Both the position numbers and the translations under genes were made by a program. A stretch of DNA of 64,000 bases from Spongospora subterranea f. sp. subterranea (lineage: Eukaryota). Position 1 is the first letter of the stretch; every line of letters begins with the position of its first letter. This document shows, one piece after another, positions 62,901 through 64,000 of the stretch. The notes below the pieces were generated by a model, which saw only the letters and a list, made by a program, of their open reading frames with translations, was not told the DNA's origin and did no database searches. The stretch is taken from positions 1-64,000 of the forward strand of contig JAUGWO010000117.1 of NCBI GenBank assembly GCA_049724395.1, written 5' to 3'.

Positions 62901-64000
62901 AGTACATCTTGAATAACATCACCAGAAAGGCTACACTTGCCAGCGACAGTCACGTCCACGACTGCGCTAACATCATAATCCTTTTCGCTCCAGAATCAAG
63001 CTAAGTTGAACTCCTTTACACAACCTTATTACAAAAACTGAAAACAATAGCACACCCAGCCCATCGAAAATAGCTGCTACCGTACTCATATGAACTTTGT
63101 CGGTACTGGACCCGCCAACTTTGTAATTTTTTGTTTTGAAAACAGATTGGGATCGACCTTTGGAAACGGTACAGTCGCATCTTCCAATTTTTGCTCATTG
63201 CTGTTTAATTAAAGATAGCCTGATAGATTCAGGCAATATTTTCAGCGAATACCAATAGCTAGAGAATCCCATTGTTGTACTGGAACTTGATATAATATTT
63301 TCAGCAGTTGCACTGATTAGCTCAGGTGTTCAACCCCTGGAGGAAGAACCATGTTTAAAACGGATTGACAAGAGTCACCAAACTCTTTTGGAACAAATTG
63401 AGCCATCTGTGACTTGTCGTATGAGTGCAGTACGAAATCTCCTTGCCTCCAGAAATTTTCCTCTGCCCACTCTCCATATATCCAGGTCTGTAAAAATGAT
63501 CCAAATTGTTGGGTGAATGAAGAAAGACGGGTATAAAAAATCAAGATGAAGGAGCAGAAAATAAGTTAAAACTTCAACAAATGGGATGGGTGGCTGCTAA
63601 CCTGCCCATTGAATTCGCTCTTTCTGTACTGGTCAAAACCGCCGCGAATCCAACGATCCGATTTGGGGACTTTATGAAATCTGGGATCAATGTACTGGAC
63701 ATGCGGCACGTCCCTGTCGCCATAGACAGCACCCATTTTATCAAGCCTTCACAAATCCGTAAGAATTTCTGAAAAGCTTAAGAATTTATATGCATGCAAT
63801 GGCCCTAACCAAAAACCAACTTCAAAAAAACAACAACTCCAAAACGGCGTCATATCTTAATAATGAACCAAGATAAGGATAGCAAAATGCACTGAAATAC
63901 ATTCCACCTGCGATTATAGCATGATTGAAGAGGCCCATAATCACAGCAGTTCATAGCGTTCGAACATTCGCCATTATATGTTGAGACGCCTTTTCTGTGA

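Noticed and set aside
62750..63600. Possible - strand gene at the window end
   Set aside because: Short ORF pieces that I could not join or assign.
1..64000. Fanzor/TnpB or other RNA-guided nuclease
   Set aside because: No ORF with RuvC-like motifs and a zinc finger was recognised in any element.

Overview
Eukaryotic genomic DNA with many short GT-AG introns, probably from a flagellated microbial eukaryote (it has a Cep57-like gene); the taxon cannot be established from sequence alone. Conserved genes: FANCI, mitochondrial monothiol glutaredoxin, a secreted lipoxygenase, GHITM/MICS1, mitochondrial L17, Cep57-like, an atypical U2AF65-like gene, ZCCHC17-like and an initiator-type tRNA-Met. These alternate with dense transposon nests: two PIF/Harbinger elements, two MULEs, Tc1/IS630-like ends, Gypsy, three Copia relics and a Penelope-like RT. 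There are also several tandem arrays and fold-back structures. The most notable object is a non-autonomous long-TIR element (13945-17884) whose only cargo is a spliced alpha-kinase gene; one of its TIRs is split by a MULE carrying GCM-like and USP-peptidase-like remnants. All calls come from manual reading and translation; no database searches were run.
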